Below, in pieces: positions 13,201-25,100 of a stretch of 64,000 bases of DNA. How positions within the stretch are numbered: the stretch's first letter is position 1; the number at the start of each line of letters is the position of its first letter. Under the pieces are notes generated by a model, which saw only the letters and a list, made by a program, of their open reading frames with translations, had not been told where the DNA came from and searched no databases. The DNA lies in the NCBI GenBank assembly GCA_903813345.2, contig CAIIXF020000001.1:31682001-31746000 (forward strand), written 5' to 3'. The position numbers were made by a program, and so were the translations under genes. The DNA is from Owenia fusiformis. Lineage: Eukaryota.

Positions 13201-16200
13201 TCTCAATGAAAAATATTAATAATATTTATACTGACCACATAAAAAGCTTAATTACATTCCAAAATCCAATTCAAAAGTTTTGATATCATAACAATTCAGT
13301 GTTAAACTGACAATATTTGAGCAATTTTGTAAGAAATATGTGATATTTGGTAAAAAGAGTTCAAGTTAGACAGGTTAATTTTTCAATTAGGTATGCTGAT
13401 AACATTAGGTATTCACAATAGTCAGATGTTGGGATATACAGGTTTCACTGATGATATATCATTTATACAAGATGATGAACTAGAACTACTGTACTAGGTG
13501 CATTTGATAATTTTTACCACTATGTTAATACTATGTCAGGAAAAAAAAGCACCCATGACACTTTGCTTGTACAACTTGAAAATCAACAACACTTTAAGAT
13601 TTGATAAAGGTGTCTACCAAATGAGTAATCCACATAAATTCAAATACAAGCACTTGGCATGCTATTCCCTATGATGCTATTTATAGATTTTTAGTCAATG
13701 TTATTGATCAGCTTATTGGTTTCATTACTTTCTCTAGAATCTAAAATTGACCTTGGGTTTATGAGAGTAGTAAATTGGAATGCAGTTATATGAAGTATTG
13801 AATTGGCTGGAATTGGACACACGTTGCCTAGCTATGTGTGAGTAAACTATCATCTTATATGGATACAAACAGTTCGTTTGACAATGATCATCTATCTTAT
13901 CTGTAAAATCAGAACTTAATAAGGGGTTTGAAATGGAGATCGATGAAACCATACCACAAATTGATAAAACTTTCGTGATCGAAGCAGTGGCTATGACAAA
14001 AGGAAAATTAAGATTAACTTATATGTTGAAATTTGGAGAGTTTTGGAAAGCTATATTTGACTACTCCATCAAATCTAGTAAAGGAGCCCAAAGCATAGAT
14101 TTCATATTAGACTCCTAGTAGTCTCCATCAGTAAAGGATTCTGAAAGAATGCGAAGAATGGATGATTCCCTTACACAAATTTACTGGCTGTCTCCCCTAC
14201 TGAACTTTATCCAAAGAAGAAATTACACCATTACCTAAAAATATGAATACCTTTTGGCCAAGTCATATAATACAAATTTTCAAAGATTACAAAGAAATTT
14301 AATAAAGCAGCATTCTAAAAGTGTGCCAAATGTCAAGATTGTCTGAAGTGGAACTATTGGAGAGAACTTAAATATCTGTGAAAATGATAACTGAAATCCC
14401 CTGTTAAATTCCACTCTTGAAGAGGCTGATTTTAAACTTATTCACTCTGTTTTACATTCAGCAGGAGAACATGTGGGACTGCAGTAATTTGCATCAAATG
14501 ACACTGATATTCTAATTTTATGACTATCATTTCAATTAATGTAAAAAATTCTTCAACTGCTAGAAAATGTCATCTGCAAAGTCAGTATGTAAACATTTTC
14601 TACAATGTCTGTTTGTTTGAAACATATTGATCATATATATCACCATATATACTTTTTTGATCTACATGAAGATTTTAGTGGGACAAGACCCTTTTACCCT
14701 GGAGTTCCTAATCTCATTCCACTAACGGGAGTTTCTAGGCCCAGCGGGGTATGATCCTTATAATCCTTATTTTCCCAAATAATTACTGTTGCCTGATGAC
14801 AAGTTGTTTTATTGGGAGTGTAGTGATTATAATTTGATAATTTATAATAATATTTTGTATTAGGAGATGATCATTGCTTAATTACAGTATGGGCATAACA
14901 AAATATAGAGAAATCATGTTTCTTTTAATTAACCATGTCTTTATGTATTTTGACAATGTAGAACATTACATCGAACATGTTGATGTGAAAAAGTAAAAAT
15001 GCTATATCACATAATAAATATCATCAAATAATAATTAATTAGTTATAATCCATTTAATCAATCAATTACTACACTGTATACGATATCCCTGAGAGCAGTT
15101 ACACTTTAGGGGGAGGGGGGATTTATTACCCTCTCACCCCCTTAGGAACTCTAGGGTAAGGTCCTCAACTCTAATGATTTTTCTGTTAACAATGCTTGTA
15201 ACATGGATCAAACCTGACAACAATATTTCAAACATCTAATTTCTCGCAATACCTGAAATCGTAAAGGAGGACTGAAAGTATCGCAACAGATTAAGGACAG
15301 TCACATGTTGGATTTTTGCTATTTTCTGAGGATTTAAGGAGGTGCATATGTTAGGCCAATGCATTTCCTCAAGGAAAAGCACTCATAGAGATAATAAAAT
15401 AATTTCTATTTGAGACAGGGTGCAAACAACTCACCCACATGCATCAATATGTTGTGTTTTGACACACAGTTAACCCCTTTAAAGAAATAATGCATTCCAT
15501 CAGGGGTTTAAAAGATATCAAATAGGGGTGACCAAAATTAAGCTGAAAGTAATGGAGCACATGAGTTTTCCCTATGGGAAAATAACAAGAAAATATTGTT
15601 TTCTGCTTTATCTAAAAGAAATTTATTATTCCTTTTTATGGGTTAACTATGTCTCAAAACGCAACATATTGATGCAACAAAAATTGAAAAAGCAGGGGTG
15701 AAAGGGCTTGAAAATCAGGACAACATTTCCGAAAAAACATGTGGGTGGATTGTTTGCACATTCGCTGTCTCAAAGTCCAAACTATTTTATCATCTCTAAG
15801 AGTTCTTTTCCTGTAGGTAATGCAATAGCCTATCATATGCACCTGCTTAAATCCTCAGGAAACATACAAAATCTAACATATGACTGTCTGAAATATGTTG
15901 CGATACTTTCCATGCTCCTTTGAGACCTGATATTTCTCAATTTTTCAAACATTGCACTTGTTAAAATTCTTAAACTTCCTTAAAATTCATCTTCGGTATG
16001 TTTTACTTCTTAGTTTCACACTCTAAAAATATATGTTTCATCATAGAGGTATGGATGAAAAAAAGCCATAAGGGTCATCCATGGCTATACCTAACATTCG
16101 TAAATTTGAAACCTTATATTCACAATTTTTCAAATTTTGGACTTGTTTAAAATCTTTTACTTCCTTAAAAACCATCTAAATTATGTTCTACATCTTTAGT

Positions 16201-19200
16201 TCCATACTACAAAACCATAAATATCACCAAAGAGGGATGGATTTAGAAACTATAGGGGTCGGCCATGGCTATACCTGGAATTCGTAAATTTGAAACCTTA
16301 TATTTACAATTTTTCAAATTTTGGACTTGTTTAAAACCTTTAACTTCCTTAAAACCCATCTAAACTATGTTTTACATCTTAGTTCCACACTATAAAACCA
16401 TAAATATCATCATAGAGGGATGGATCTAGAACCTATAGGGGTCGGCCATGGCTATACCTGGAATTCATAAATTTCAAACCTTATATTTACAATTTTTCAA
16501 ATTTTGGACTTGTTTAAAACCTTTAACTTCCTTAAAACCCATCTAAATTATGTTTTACATCTTAGTTCCACACTATAAAACCATAAATATCATCATAGAG
16601 GGATGGATCTAGAAACTATAGGGGTCAGCCATGGCTATACCTGGAATTCATAAATTTGAAACCTTATATTTACAATTTTTCAAATTTTGGACTTGTTTAA
16701 AACCTTTAACTTCCTTAAAACCCATCTAAATTATGTTTTACATCTTTGTTTCACACAATAAAACCATAAATATCATCATAGAGGGATGGATCTAGAAATT
16801 ATAAGGGTCAGCTATAGTCATACACAAAATCCAGCTGTCAAAAATGTCAAATTTTTCGAAAAATCAACAATTTTTTTCTCAGCTCCTACCTCTTCCATGG
16901 CTTTGCATCTTTTAGGGTTACTAACCCTGCTATTGGGCACTTCACATGAATTTTTCCAACCTCTTACAGTGTCTAATTGAAAAGTTAGAATCAAAATAGT
17001 AAGAAAATGAGTCACGAATTTGCCCCCTGGGGTACATACTTTGTACTAATTTTAAAATTCTTTAGGAGTTATCAGCATCAATTATACTGCAAGTGATTCA
17101 TATATATAATATATATGTATGTCACTTACAAACATCAAAATATCTAAGGTTATTTAGTGTGAACAATTTTTTCCCCAGGGTGGGGTGTTTTTGGGGGGTG
17201 GGGGGCTAACTCCTCAAAAAAAAGAACTTCCTACCACTCTGTGAAGCTATCACCTAGGTGGAAGTTTCATCCAAGACTCTCCCCTAACTGAAAATGCTGC
17301 CAAACCAACTATACACCATTTATTGAGAATTTTCCTCCTCGCCCCTTGAGTATTAAATACTTTATGAGTCCAGTGTAATTCTGACAGGTTTGAATAAAGC
17401 GTCATACCCAGTTTTATACCCTTTGTCCTCAACGAAATTAAAATTCATTGTTGAGAAAATACAGGTACATGTACATCTGAATTGAAAATTTGGGTGATGT
17501 TTGATTGAAATTTATCTTTATTAGTGTCATCATCAGTTAACACGTACATGTTTGTTTTATGTGTTCATCATTTAGTAAAAATTGTCATGACATACATGTC
17601 TACAAATATTCTTGTCAATCCAGTTAGTGTTATGATGGTTGGACAGAGTTTGTCCAAGGTGCTCTAATATATACATGTACACTATGTTCCATGTTAATAT
17701 TGTTAAGTGCATGAAAGCATTTTAGAAAAACAAGTGTAATTACAAAAGATCTTAAAATGCTTTAAGAAATGATAGAGTATGAGAATGCGCAATTTTGAAA
17801 AACGCTTTCCACAAAGACGCTTTAGAGTTATTTTTAGTGTAATTCCAGTAATTATGTCTTCCAGGAAGCAATCAGTTCAAACACTAACATGTGTGGGATA
17901 TCAATTTATTCATTAGTCATGCAATAGGAGGGAGACAAATACATTAGATAACCCACCACAATTTTTAAACTATTATCTAACCAATATAGTATTACTTCAT
18001 GTCTACATCTATTGATATATAGAGAGTTGCACCTACCTCAGCCAAGTTGAGCTGAATTGAGGCATGATCTTTAGCTGTGATGATTCTGTTGCTTGCAGAG
18101 CTAAAATCATTATACAAAATATATAACAAATGTATATCATTCTAATATAGATTTACATATCAATGTACAATAAAATCAAACACACCATAATGTGACAAAA
18201 TATCACTATCTGTTTGCAATTGAAGAATTGAAATGACTTACAGTTAGACACCACATATCAAAATAAACAAAATTTTACTTTTAGTAGGAATATTACACAC
18301 ACCAGTAATGAATATTTATGAGAACAATGTAATATTAGAAGATCACACTATTTCCTAACATGTTTGAAAGTGCACAATAATTTTTTTTCAGCCCAAAAAG
18401 CTGATATATTTTGGATTATTCTAACCTATGTAGTCTTGATTTGATTGACATGGGTGAATGGTCTACTCTGCATTTCAGGAGTGTAATGAAACTTTTAACA
18501 TAGTTCTAGATTTTATCACGCCTAACCATCGACAAGGTACAGTGACAAAATATACCGTAGTACACTTTACATGTGTAAAAAATAATCTGAGGAATACATT
18601 AGAATTTCATTTTTTATTTTTTTGTGTATTCGTTTAGGACATCCTCCTAAACAGGTGTTCAGAATCCGTACCTCCTTCTTCCCCCTGCTATAACCAATTT
18701 GGACGCGCCCGATTTAACTGAATCACATGATCTAATTATGCGCAATGACTTATACATGATTTCTATCGCAGTGTTGCGACAGCCAATCAGATTGCGAGTT
18801 CTTAATTGGGGAAATGGTAACTGCTTATCGCAGGGGGTAAAAAGAAGCCCTGTGATCGGAGGATGGTTTAGGAAGACATTTAACTTTCTAATAACGTTAA
18901 AAGATTTTCGAACAGTGCTTGATTTTTTTCGAGGTTAATCTACCCACAAAAATTGATCGATTGGAAAATGTTGAGTTTTTCACATTTCCTTTGATCATTT
19001 TTTCCCCTGTCGCCCAAGAGTGTCGATTATTATTACATTCGAGTTGACAACGTACACTTATGCTGAGGTTTCATTAACGGCGTCCTTCAATGGAGAGGAC
19101 GTAAATCAAGATTGGGTGGACGTAAATTAAAAAAATAATTACGTTTTTGGGACGCAATTTGAATTTCGTAAATCAATTCGTGAATCCACTTACCTTCAGT

Positions 19201-21859
19201 CTCTTTATTTCGTCAGAATCCACTAAATAATTGAAGGAAATTCTATTTCTAAAAGAAATAAAATTTTCTTTCGAAGTTTCCTTCCCGGAAGTTTTTTTCT
19301 GATCGAAATAGTACGAGGCATGTGATAGGACAAATAGTTATCCAATACTCGATATCCGAGCAGTAATAGTCTTACAATTGGCCGCTGGAGGACCCGATTC
19401 AAACCATTTTCTTTTGGTCAAGTGCGATCACAAGATCATTATTTAAGAATGCGCAAGCGCAAGAAACTGAACCAAAAAATTGAACCTCGCGCAGATTGCC
19501 CCTAAATGTGTGTTCTAACCTCTAGAGGGTAAGTAAGACTCTTAATCTTCAGGTAAATCAAGTTCTACCGACGAAGTTAGGCCATGAAATCTACTCTATA
19601 TAGATTTGCAGAAGAACCAGAATTTCTAAGTTGAAATTGCTTGGACATTATACTTATAGAACGAAGGATTTACGATATTAAGAACTCAAGAATTACAATT
19701 TCAACTTTATAAATGAGACAGGAAAGTAGGACTAGGGACATCTTGAGGTCCGAACTCCTGTGCAGTGATATATCACTGCGGCGGGCAGGTATCTCACCGT
19801 AAGCTAACCAAACCTGTCTGGCCCAGTAATCTACTCCCGATTCTGAATTGTCGTAGTAAGCATGGTAACTTCGTAATAAACAACTGACGTGATTGGTTCT
19901 AGTCCCATGCTCAGGTCGCGTGATTGTAAAATTTAGACAATTTCATGGTCGAATTGAGCGTATTAGTCCATTTCACTGCTTCATTGCGTCAGTAGAATGG
20001 CAAAAATAAGAAATTGGGAGACCATTGTGCAATAATATATGGAAAAGTATATTCATAATGTACATGAATGACATTTGTATATTTCAGATTTTTTAGTTTT
20101 TTGTGCAATAAGCCTGTGCAGTCTTGTAATTTGAAGAATTTCAGCCATGTTATCTTTTTGAAAATAACATGGCAGAGAAGCATCCAAATATAAGAGGCCA
20201 ATCCAAGATATACAAATGTCATTCATGTACAATAGGAATATATTTTTCCATATATTAGACCTATTGCTAGGGACTACAACAGATTTTTCAAATCAATTTA
20301 ACCCTGACAAATTATATATGGTCGGAAAGCTTATTCAACAAGTAATTATATGAAACAGACCCCAATTTGATACACTCACCCTATCTTAAGCTATGACATT
20401 TTAAAGATGGTACCCGTCATAAACTTTGTGCCACGTTTTTTGCTCTTTTTTATAAAAATATATAAATAATACATAAAAAAATTCAAATTTATTTGAACTT
20501 GACAAGTAATATATGCTTGCAAAGCTTATTCAATTTCCAATCTAATGAGATGGACCCACCTTATTCTGACAAATATAACTGAAGATATGGCATTTTAAAG
20601 AAGGTATACCCCTACTTATTTTTAGGCGATTTTCAGCCATATTCCTTAAAATAGTAAAAACATTCCTTCAAGTACCTTAAAAGTCCAAGACTAGATTTAC
20701 ATAATGTAGGCAAATTGGGGGGGTAAGTGGTTACTATTAAAACATATACATGACGTTCTACATGGCTATACATGGTATATTACAAGAATAAACTTCCTGG
20801 TTGCAGTAAGTGGATACATGCAACATATTTACATGACAAGTCAATGTTACTTCCGGGTTTGCACTCCACTTCTGGTTTGGGAAGGGTCACAAAATTAGAA
20901 TGTGCAACAGTGCGCACCAAGGGAATTATCTGAAGTTAATTTTTTTTGTAAAACACATAAATCTTCAAATGTTGACACGGTTTCATGAAGTTCCTCCATC
21001 CAGAACACTTAGAATCATCCCGCTAAATATTGGGTATATTCTACATTACTTACCTCATAGTAAGACCTAAATAATTAGTGTTTACTAATTTTTTTTAAAA
21101 TTTTGATTCTTTTTCGAAAAACGTGATGTGCAGTTCGTCATCAGTTTTTGTGTCTAACGAGTGTGAATTAATTTTCTTTCCAACATAGTGACCTACTTCC
21201 GGAAATTTTGAAAAACAACTTCCGCCATTTTTGTAAAGTTTTGGTTCTTATTAACTACGTTTTAGCGACACATGTAGACTGTATCACTGCTTAACAAGGT
21301 AAATATGATAGAATAATATCCCTTTCTTATTATTAAGCACTAAAAAGTGGAATCAATTGGTGACATTAGGAGTTTTCAACGAAATAAAAATGGTTATTTA
21401 ACATAGGTTGGCATACGTATTTTCCCCGGGGGGAAAGTCACTGGAGTCCCTACTATTGCAAAATGATATTTTGATTTCTTATTTTTTAGCTTTTACTGAC
21501 GCAGTTAAACGGTGAAATGGATTCTAATAAACAACACGTGCGGTAAACTATTATCAACACAACTTTTAGTCAGAATTCCTTCCGCGGTGATTTCTTCTCA
21601 TATTTCAATAATTTTGATATATATTTTGACAAAATAATGTTTGGGGAACATTCATGAATACATATTTTATAAGTTGTGTGAAAATTCACCACATAATGAA
21701 AAGGGGAACTATTTTCCCCAAATTTTGAGGATTTTCTTCATCTGCCCGCCGCAGTATCTATACCGAGACACTGCATTGGAGTTCGCTTGAGGTCTAGAAA
21801 AAAGCTCACCATTTTCTTGGGATGTACATATCCACATATTCACCAGCTTCGTTCTGCAT
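10250..21859 (-). CDS. RPS21: 40S ribosomal protein S21 (eS21), complete, 4 coding exons
   Basis: Exons 21859-21810, 18100-18037, 11550-11423 and 10259-10250 (50+64+128+10=252 nt, all GT-AG) translate to [83 protein letters not shown], a typical eS21 sequence. Confidence 0.98.
10903..11056. mobile_element. Small hAT-like MITE relic in RPS21 intron 4
   Basis: TIR CAGGGTGTGAAATAAG / CTTATCACCACACCCTG; no clear TSD. Confidence 0.45.
12197..12945 (+). repeat. 183-bp tandem array in the left TIR (~4 units)
   Basis: GATCCATCCCTCTA recurs at 12219 and 12402; further units decay toward the element interior. Confidence 0.9.
13903..14530 (+). pseudogene. XPG/PIN-like nuclease domain relic of an Academ-type transposase
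   Basis: Interrupted translation KSEL...TFVIEAVAM...FGEFWKAIF...[20 protein letters not shown]...[10 protein letters not shown]...[21 protein letters not shown]...[10 protein letters not shown] follows the D.Y..SIK..ER.RR / EEAD.R / S.DTD pattern. Confidence 0.7.
15265..15919. mobile_element. Kolobok-like MITE nested in the foldback element
   Basis: ~100-bp inverted arms (AGGAG..GAAAGTATCGCAACA..GAGGATTTAAG..GGTGCATATG) with AGG...CCT ends and degenerate TTAA flanks. Confidence 0.55.
15945..16815 (-). repeat. 183-bp tandem array in the right TIR (~4.7 units)
   Basis: GGATGGATCTAGA ends at 16430, 16613 and 16796 (period 183); reverse complement of the left array. Confidence 0.9.
18515..19060 (+). 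mobile_element. Second copy of the 602-1303 repeat family
   Basis: ATCACGCCTAACCATCGACAAGG...GTGTATTCGTTTAG...AAAGATTTTCGAACAG...GTGTCGATTAT is shared with 602-950. Confidence 0.75.
18640..18865. mobile_element. 226-bp MITE with an 8-bp TSD (hAT-like)
   Basis: TIR CATCCTCC..ACAGG / CCTGT..GGAGGATG; TSD GTTTAGGA at 18632-18639 and 18866-18873. The paralogous empty site is at ~779-790. Confidence 0.85.
19751..21785. mobile_element. 2.0-kb non-autonomous DNA transposon with a 9-bp TSD (MULE- or AcademH-like) in RPS21 intron 2
   Basis: TIR CGAACTCC..TGCAGTG..ACTGCGGCGGGCAG / CTGCCCGCCGCAGT..CACTGCA..GGAGTTCG; perfect TSD CTTGAGGTC at 19742-19750 and 21786-21794. Confidence 0.85.
20029..20267. 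repeat. Nested inverted repeat (~60-bp arms)
   Basis: AATATATGGAAAA..TGTACATGAATGACATTTGTATAT versus ATATACAAATGTCATTCATGTACA..TTTTCCATATATT. Confidence 0.65.
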
Positions 21860-21996
21860 GTTTGCTTCTTAGTTACCTACTAAAAGTAATAAAAAAACAC
21901 AATGAAGTACTTATATTTAGAAATCACTTACATATATTATCTGATTTGGGGCATAAGTAAGAAAATAATGGAATCAAAGTGGGAAAGAGAACTCAC

Positions 21997-22032
21997 ACTT
22001 TTACGCAAAAATGGCTGACCGGAAAGAGAAAG
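21997..22032 (-). other. RPS21: RPS21 non-coding exon 1 with TCT/5'TOP pyrimidine start
   Basis: Minus strand reads CTTTCTCTTTCCGGTCAGCCATTTTTGCGTAAAAGT|gtgagt: an oligopyrimidine start typical of ribosomal-protein genes, a YY1-like GCCATTTT and a strong donor at 21996-21991. The exon 2 acceptor is TAGTAG at ~21877-21882. Confidence 0.85.
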
Positions 22033-22168
22033 CACATGCGATAAATTAGCCAATCACATCATGTCTTGGTGCGCAATTGGCAACCGGAAGTAAAAAAATT
22101 TTGAAAATATTTCTTCACGGTGTTTTATCTTTATCTTGTTAATTGGTCACTCTTAAGGGTTGGCATAA
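22021..22168. promoter_or_regulatory. Bidirectional RPS21/NME6 core promoter
   Basis: Only ~137 bp separate the RPS21 TCT start from the NME6 ATG. Contains CCAAT (22050-22054), reverse CCAAT (22076-22080) and ETS/GABP-type CCGGAAGT (22084-22091). Confidence 0.8.
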
Positions 22169-25100
22169 ATGAAGAATCTCGAGGTGACACTAGCCATTCT
22201 AAAACCAGATGTTCTATCTCATCCTATCATAGCACAGGTAATTATCTATGCACCACATTAGATCTAAAAAGAAATGGGAAAAGAAATAGCAAATCACAAA
22301 TGTTTATGAAAGCTAAGATCTAGACACAGTCCTAATCACTTTGTCTGTGCTATCAAAATTGGAAGTTCATGATGATGAAACATAAGCACAATATTCAAGA
22401 GGAAATAAATTGAATGTCAAAACTTCATTTTTTCCTGGAAAGTTTTTGAAATCTCATGCTAGACTACAAAAGTTACCACACATAGTCAATCCATCTCAGC
22501 AGTAGTGCGTGTACCTCTTGCGCAATAGCTCCCGGATTTGACCCCTGTTTCAGGCAATACTAATGAGGGATGTTGCGATAGGAAAGCACAATCAAGACAC
22601 CTTGGACTTTTTTGCATGTTGAGCTGTACCACATATTCACCTACAAATTCACCAACGAAGAAACCCCCAAACCACTGCTCTATGTGCTAGTTATGGGATT
22701 GTGCTGACCAGTTGAAATATTTTCGTTGAGATTAATTATCTGAAACTTGAGTAAACTGGAGAAATTCATATGTAATCTGATTGGATGTTAAATTGTTTAT
22801 CAGTATTGGTTACGTGACCAAAGGAACTCCATATATGGCAGTTCTGGAAATTTTAAAAGGAATTGACAAAGAGCTTTAAATTTGATTTGCTGCCTGGCTC
22901 AAGGCGCATGCCAAATTTCCTGACGCTCGTGTGCTCCTGTCATTTGAAAGGGTTTTCCCTCCATTGCCGCTATTGAACTCAATTGTGTTCAGTTCTGACA
23001 ATTTATTGTTCTATTGATTCTCTCAATATATCGGCAATACTTTACCCATAAGTTGGTCTCAAGATTAGCAATTATAATGGTACATCACTGGTTGTCCAGG
23101 GGAGAAACCCATGGCGTAATCTACCTTTAATTAAGTATAAAGTACTTCAGCATGTTTGACTGCCACAACTTGTAAAAAAGGTTGGGATGTGCACTGGTGG
23201 ATCCAGAAGCTAACAAGGGGGACCCACATTTAAAGTAAGGATAGAAATTCCTTGCTAGCGCAGAAATTTTTTTGGCCCAAATTTTGAAAATTAAGGCCCA
23301 TTTTTGATAATTTGGTCTTAAAAAGGCCCAAAAAGGCTAACTAATGCCCCAAAAGGCCCATTTTTGAGGCCCTACAATTGGGGCCTTCAAATATTTTTCT
23401 GGGCCCACTCAAGGGGGGCTGGGCCCCATGGGCTCCCAAATCTGCCAGTGGTCGTACTGTACTTGTAATGTATGACAATGTATGAGATGAGTGCACTTAA
23501 AAGAACAAAAGGCTCTTCCAAGGAGGGGTTCCTGGATCTGCCTTCCTTGATTACATGCGTTAAAGGAATTCTAGTCGATAAAAATAACAAAATATTGCTT
23601 CTGGGACAAGATCAAACTACTTTTGCATATTCTTTACCTTACCTATTTTGTATTTTAACAATCAACACAAGTATACATACCATACTTCAGCAGATATCGG
23701 ATAAATTCAGAAAAATATTTTCGTCCGCCTGTGAATATTTCAATTATTCAGATTTTGCCGTGGATTCGATTTTAAATGCTTCTAAATGATCTTCTAATGC
23801 TTACTATGATTTCTATTAGTAATGTTTTGACTTCCCTCTTCATAAAAAGAACATTATCACCATTTACTCGACTGGAAAATTCACTTCCGGTCTGTCGTAA
23901 TAAAGATGAGCTGAAAGTTGTCGTGAATACATTTCAATCCTCAGTCTAAATATCGCTTTTCAAGGTTCAATAGGTGACTTTGAATGGACTTTCATGCATA
24001 GTTTGAAAATAGAATCACCAGAGAAGGTTTTAAACCATAAAATTGACTCTAAACACTGAGAAAATGTTTTTTTTAACCATTTTGTCGGCTGTATGTTACA
24101 GTATGCCTTTAATTACGTCCCTGTACGGGATATACCCAAGAGGTTCGTCACCTTCACAAACAATAGAGTACATGTAGATGCAAGTAGAAATAATCCTGAT
24201 TTAGGTTATAAAAGATTCAAATTTTAGTAAAAGTGAACTCATATTTGAGATTTACATAATCTAACAGAGGCGTAGCTAGCCCATTTTGCGAGTGTACGCC
24301 CGTATGATTTCCCGGTTTTTATCAAAATTAACAAAACGATGGTTCTATAAAATAGGAAGATCCCGGGTGTCCAGAAGATAGGGGACACACTAAACACTCT
24401 TAATTCAATGAAGGAAATATGTATTGTTTGATCATTTTGACATAGCTTTTTAAAGGGACTGAATTAACTGTATTAACAGATAATATTCGGGAAACAAAAT
24501 AGACAGATTCTATATAATCATGCCATCGGTGATCGAAGCCGTCTATCAAGGCGATTTTATTTTTTAGGCTACCTAAAACTGTATGAATGAGGCTCATTGT
24601 TTTAAGCTTTTGTGGTCATTCTCCATGAAATATTATTATTTTTTCTGTGTTTGTTTTTATCTAGCTCACAAGATGATTAACAATAAAAGAACAGTTACAC
24701 GACCGTCTCAACTCCATTTCGGATCTTAACAATCTGTACGTGATTCTATAGAATAAATTCTATCTTTCTGTTTTTTGCATTTGCGAACATGTCAATAACA
24801 ATATCAATGTTTATATCCTGTTCCCTATGGATATGTATCATGGCCAAGGAAGAAAGTCTTTCCTCGTTCATTGTGGAACGCAAGTATCTCTAATTATCAG
24901 TAGCTAACTGATTCAAAACAAAGAAAATGAAATAATCGAGAACTTTTTTATTTATTAACACGAGTCTTCATAGATCTCCTATCGATTTCTATCTCTTGGG
25001 TAAAATATTTATTTTTCATCACAATTAATCAGGTAAATTTTATTTTTCCTTAAAATTTGAGAGTACGCCTGGGCGTACTTGGCGTACACGTAGCTACGCC

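Larger units (their letters stand above)
11659..17352. mobile_element. 5.7-kb foldback DNA transposon (AcademX-like) in RPS21 intron 3
   Basis: Termini TACTCAAGGGGCGAGG...CCTCGCCCCTTGAGTA with 3-bp direct repeat TTA (11656-11658, 17353-17355). TIR arms ~11659-12945 and ~15945-17352 contain 183-bp tandem repeats. Internal XPG-like coding relic. Confidence 0.85.

Noticed and set aside
12031..17015. Duplicated ORFs MDLE(T/I)I... (12031-12225, 16786-16980) as paralogous genes
   Set aside because: They are mirror images inside the TIRs of one foldback element, with no protein-like features.
17475..17575. Intronic C/D snoRNA in RPS21 (ATGATGA...CTGA on minus)
   Set aside because: The boxes are only ~29 nt apart, with no terminal stem and no recognisable rRNA guide.
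17855..17937. Second snoRNA candidate in RPS21 intron 3
   Set aside because: A terminal stem is present, but the C box has two mismatches and no guide is evident.
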